A DNA stretch of 62,920 nucleotides, the filler included, from Aduncisulcus paluster (taxonomy: Eukaryota), in NCBI GenBank assembly GCA_024181965.1. It is 5 parts of 5 records of this genome, joined end to end, with 100 filler letters (N's around TTAATTAATTAA, not from the genome) between each part and the next. Parts side by side here need not be neighbours in the genome. Positions count along the whole stretch, not along the records: positions 57,503 to 62,920 come from BQXS01009987.1; 4 more parts are not named here. One strand, written 5' to 3'. Each line of letters starts with the position of its first letter. The first letter of the stretch is position 1. Both the position numbers and the translations under genes were made by a program. Below, in pieces: positions 59,532 to 62,920 of the stretch. The notes under the pieces are model-generated. The model had not been told where the DNA came from, searched no databases, and saw only the letters and a program-made list of their open reading frames with translations.

Positions 59532-60959
59532 TTACATGAATCCAAACTTACCAGCATCGATTCCAGGAATAGGGAATTGAGAAGTAAAATCAACAACCTT
59601 CTTCCCAAGTTCAGCAATCTCCTTAATACGAGCACCACCCATTCCATCAACAGCCCTCTTAAATTCCTTTAATTTCTTGGTTCCAGTTGTTTTCTTCAAA
59701 GTACGAGCAATGTCTATACCTTCAAGAAGGAAGTCTCCAACCTTTTCCATGTCTTTCTCGTCCATTCCACGTGAAGTAAGCAAAGGAGTACCGAGCCTCA
59801 GACCACCGGGTACAAAAGCACTCTTGTCACCGGGAACACTGTTTTTGTTGACAGAAATGTGACTGAGTTCAAGAACACGCTCAACACGTGCACCATCAAT
59901 ACCCAGAGAAGATTTCACATCACAAAGACAAATGTGGTTGTCAGTACCTCCAGAAACAAGCTTAACACCACCTTTAACAAGTCTCTTACCAAGAGCAGAA
60001 GCATTTTTCACAACTTGGAATTGACACTCCTTAAATTCAGGCTCCTTGGCCTCCTTGAAAGCAACAGCCATCGCAGCAATAGCATTATCATGAGGTCCTC
60101 CCTGAAGACCTGGGAATACGGCAGCATCAATCTTCTTGGCGAATTCCTTCCTGCAGAATATGATTCCAGCACGGGGACCACGAAGAGTCTTGTGAGTGGT
60201 GCTTGTAACAACATCACAGTAGGGGAAAGGAGAAGGGTGAGCACCAGCAGCAACCAGACCAGCGATGTGGGCCATATCACACATGAGAATAGCTCCAACT
60301 TTGTCGGCAATGGATCTCATGCGAGCAAAGTCAATGTGACGAGGGTAAGAAGAGGCTCCACAAATCAAGAGTTTAGGACGGTAGTTCAAAGCACTCTTCT
60401 CAAGAGCATCATAATCAATAAGACCAGTAGCAGGATCAAGGTGGTATGGAAGAGATTCGAAGAAAAGACCAGTGGCAGAGACGGCACCACGAGCATTACG
60501 GAATCCATGAGTAAGATGACCTCCATCTGGAAGATCAAGTCCCATAAGACGGTCATGGGGCTTCAATAATCCGGTATAAACGGCAAGATTGGCTGGAGAT
60601 CCCGAGTATGGCTGAACGTTAACATGCCATTCATCGGGGGATAATCCAAATAAATCTAAAGCACGACTTTGAGCAAGCATTTCAACTTCATCAATAACGA
60701 TATTTCCACCATAGTACCGAGCTTTAGGATATCCTTCAGAATACTTAGAAGTAAGACAGGATCCAAGGGCTTCAATCACGGCAGTACTAGCAGAACTTTC
60801 ACTAGCAATCAACTGAATCTCAGAAAATTGGCGTTGTTCTTCTCTTTGGATAAGTCTGAAAATTTCAGGATCGACTGTCTCCAAATGGCGATTTCCAATA
60901 AAAGGACGAGTTTTAGCAAGGCTTGTTGCAAAACCTTTTGAAACGGCACGAGATAGCAT
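59532..60959 (-). CDS. SHMT: Serine hydroxymethyltransferase with a putative mitochondrion-related-organelle presequence (475 aa)
   Basis: Motifs LIASE, KYSEGYP.ARYYGG, NVQPYSGSPAN, GGHLTHG, DMAHIAGLVAAG, PLP-lysine STTHKTLRGPR, FPGLQGGPH and GLRLGTP. Likely start MLSRAVSKGFATSLAK. Confidence 0.96.
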   Translation of the reverse strand: MLSRAVSKGFATSLAKTRPFIGNRHLETVDPEIFRLIQREEQRQFSEIQLIASESSASTAVIEALGSCLTSKYSEGYPKARYYGGNIVIDEVEMLAQSRALDLFGLSPDEWHVNVQPYSGSPANLAVYTGLLKPHDRLMGLDLPDGGHLTHGFRNARGAVSATGLFFESLPYHLDPATGLIDYDALEKSALNYRPKLLICGASSYPRHIDFARMRSIADKVGAILMCDMAHIAGLVAAGAHPSPFPYCDVVTSTTHKTLRGPRAGIIFCRKEFAKKIDAAVFPGLQGGPHDNAIAAMAVAFKEAKEPEFKECQFQVVKNASALGKRLVKGGVKLVSGGTDNHICLCDVKSSLGIDGARVERVLELSHISVNKNSVPGDKSAFVPGGLRLGTPLLTSRGMDEKDMEKVGDFLLEGIDIARTLKKTTGTKKLKEFKRAVDGMGGARIKEIAELGKKVVDFTSQFPIPGIDAGKFGFM

Positions 60960-61406
60960 TTTCTCCGACGAAAACAACCATGTCAAGAGATTTCTTGATT
61001 TTTTGAATGGGTTTCTATCCATCGAGAATGGCATTGTGATAGCCTATCAATGAAAAAAATGAAAAACAATTGTGATTTTATTTTTTCAAATAAAGTTTAT
61101 TTTGTGTACAATTAACCCAATTTATCTATCTCTTGAGGATGTAATAAATTTTGTTGTAAATTTCAACCACATTGATTCATTTATCATATTGTTGTTGAAT
61201 ATTAGCATCATATAATGATAAACACACCAGACAATCCAATACCGGCCCAAAATAGTATTTTTCATTAATTTTTTATCAAAATTAGAAGAATAAATACGAT
61301 TCGAATAATATCTTGTTTTGTAGATTCAGATTTCCCATCAGTTTATCTCAAAATTTTACAGATTTTATATAAAAAATAAAAGTTTCATATTTGAACGAAT
61401 GAAGTA

Positions 61407-62920
61407 ATGCCGATAAAAAACAAAGGAGGATCTGATGAAGAAGCTGCATTGTATAGTTATACAGCACCTTTTTTGATCTCCAAAACTCATAAATCACCGA
61501 ATCCTTCAAAAAAATCAAGCAAACCTTTAACTCCAAAGCTTCTCGCATCTTTGCATGCAGAAACTTCTTCCAAATATAAGGAAAAACAATTTCTTACCCC
61601 TAAAACTCGATCAAGAAAACCTTCTCTTGGACTTCCAAAAAAATCTTCGTTATCTCTACTTGGACTTATTAAAGAGTATCAAAAAAAGACTCAATCAGAA
61701 TCCAATGATACGTTACAAATTGAAGACTCTTCTAAACCGGTTGAATCTCTTTCTCCCTTGGATCTTCACGAGAAACGACGTGAACGAGGACCTTCCGTTG
61801 TTATCACTAAATTACCCGCCAGATCTTCTGCTGAGATTACATGTTCTCCGGTTACTAATAGGTTTCAGTCATTATCGCAATATAACAATGACCATGGTGA
61901 ATCTAAACCTCATAACCCCGTTTCTGCTGGAAAGATATCGTACCCCAATGTGAAAAGCATTGTTGGCACGAGCATTCAAGAAGCTATAAAGAAGGAGAAA
62001 TCTAGACAAAAGACCATGAAAACGTCTACTTCTGATGGCCTCATTCCTTCTCTTCCTGAGAAATTTAAATCTGAATTACAGTTACCCATTGGTTCAATTC
62101 CCTATAATTCCTCCCGAAAAGGGTCCCATGTTCACAGTCCTATCCATCAAACCTCAACAGACATATTTAACGATTTTACTCCTTCTTTCTCATCTTTTGA
62201 GAAGAAAAGATATCTAAATAGATTGGGATCATTATCACGACCTGCATCTTCAACTGGACAACGTCTAGCGTCTCCTTCCTCCACTCTCTCTCATCCCCCT
62301 CATGACGAAGAACATAGCCCTGCCACCATACCCAAACCTCTTGCTGCTGATCTCTCACCGGAACGTAAAATTCTTCCTTTCAAGCCATCGTCGCTCCTGT
62401 TGATTCTTATTTCACCCCCACCTCCAACCACTGCGTATTTCTATGCCCATTGGTGTGAGTTAGTTGACACGGGAAAAGAGAAAGGTTGCATACGAGAATG
62501 TTGGCTCAGAGTTCAAATAAGCGACCGTCATAAAGTGTTCAAGTCAAATATCGAGAGGGTTGGATGGTATCTGAAGAAGCATAAGAAGGATTTGATCGAG
62601 AGAGAGAGACAGAAAACGAATCAGAAGCGAGTTCAAGGTCTTGTCGGTGTTGTGGTTAGAGGAGCTGAATCAGGGTGGACGAGATGGACAGAAAAGGAGA
62701 AAAGAGGAGAGTCTGAAGACCTCAAGGTAGAACCAATGTCTTTGATAAAACTTGAAAGGAAAGATTTACCTCAAGAATATATTAGGTCGAGACCAAAGTC
62801 AGTGCAACGGGTGCTCAAACATAAGACGAAAACCCCGATTATGGCTCACTCATTGAGTTCTGGTATTGGACCAAAAGATGCTCGTTTGAGAAAGATGAAA
62901 AGTCGATTGTTATCTCATTC
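61407..62920 (+). CDS. Hypothetical Ser/Pro/Lys-rich protein, 3'-partial (at least 504 aa), absent from the ORF track
   Basis: ATG at 61407 (MPIKNKGGSDEEAALYSY...) reads without a stop to the window end, checked codon by codon. Confidence 0.8.
   Translation, partial: MPIKNKGGSDEEAALYSYTAPFLISKTHKSPNPSKKSSKPLTPKLLASLHAETSSKYKEKQFLTPKTRSRKPSLGLPKKSSLSLLGLIKEYQKKTQSESNDTLQIEDSSKPVESLSPLDLHEKRRERGPSVVITKLPARSSAEITCSPVTNRFQSLSQYNNDHGESKPHNPVSAGKISYPNVKSIVGTSIQEAIKKEKSRQKTMKTSTSDGLIPSLPEKFKSELQLPIGSIPYNSSRKGSHVHSPIHQTSTDIFNDFTPSFSSFEKKRYLNRLGSLSRPASSTGQRLASPSSTLSHPPHDEEHSPATIPKPLAADLSPERKILPFKPSSLLLILISPPPPTTAYFYAHWCELVDTGKEKGCIRECWLRVQISDRHKVFKSNIERVGWYLKKHKKDLIERERQKTNQKRVQGLVGVVVRGAESGWTRWTEKEKRGESEDLKVEPMSLIKLERKDLPQEYIRSRPKSVQRVLKHKTKTPIMAHSLSSGIGPKDARLRKMKSRLLSH

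Noticed and set aside
59859-60569. 236-aa plus-strand ORF
   Set aside because: An antisense shadow of the codon-biased SHMT gene, with no motifs.
60960-61034. Longer SHMT N-terminus (MPFSMDRNPF...)
   Set aside because: The downstream ATG in an A-rich context gives a typical presequence. The extension looks like UTR, though it is not formally excluded.
61555-62358. Small ORFs listed near the window end
   Set aside because: They are off-frame or antisense shadows of the long open frame starting at 61407.

Overview
This is AT-rich, gene-dense eukaryotic DNA, not prokaryotic. The window is five unrelated contigs joined by artificial 100-nt linkers (N44-TTAATTAATTAA-N44): 1-10642, 10743-21317, 21418-41055, 41156-57402 and 57503-62920. 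Gene content and style suggest an anaerobic metamonad protist, probably a free-living Carpediemonas-like fornicate such as Aduncisulcus (inference only): TOR, Sec1/Munc18, a FIG4-type Sac phosphatase, an SHMT with an organelle presequence, a Cys-rich EGF membrane protein, few short GT-AG introns and long Ser-rich inserts. Contig 1 is a decaying region with restriction-like-endonuclease non-LTR retroelement remnants and disrupted SUA5 and cyclin genes. The most notable signal is an unnamed ~150-aa beta-rich domain present in at least 7 copies on two contigs. It occurs as a tandem array of small stand-alone genes, as a CaaX-terminated version, as a tandem doublet, and fused to a probably N-acylated protein kinase. 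In the array the proteins are far more diverged than their spacers, which suggests a diversifying, partly lipid-anchored recognition and signalling repertoire. I also corrected several gene models: intron-containing Sec1 and WD40-like genes, a single >4200-aa ORF split by a gap duplication, and a >500-aa ORF at the window end that the ORF track missed.
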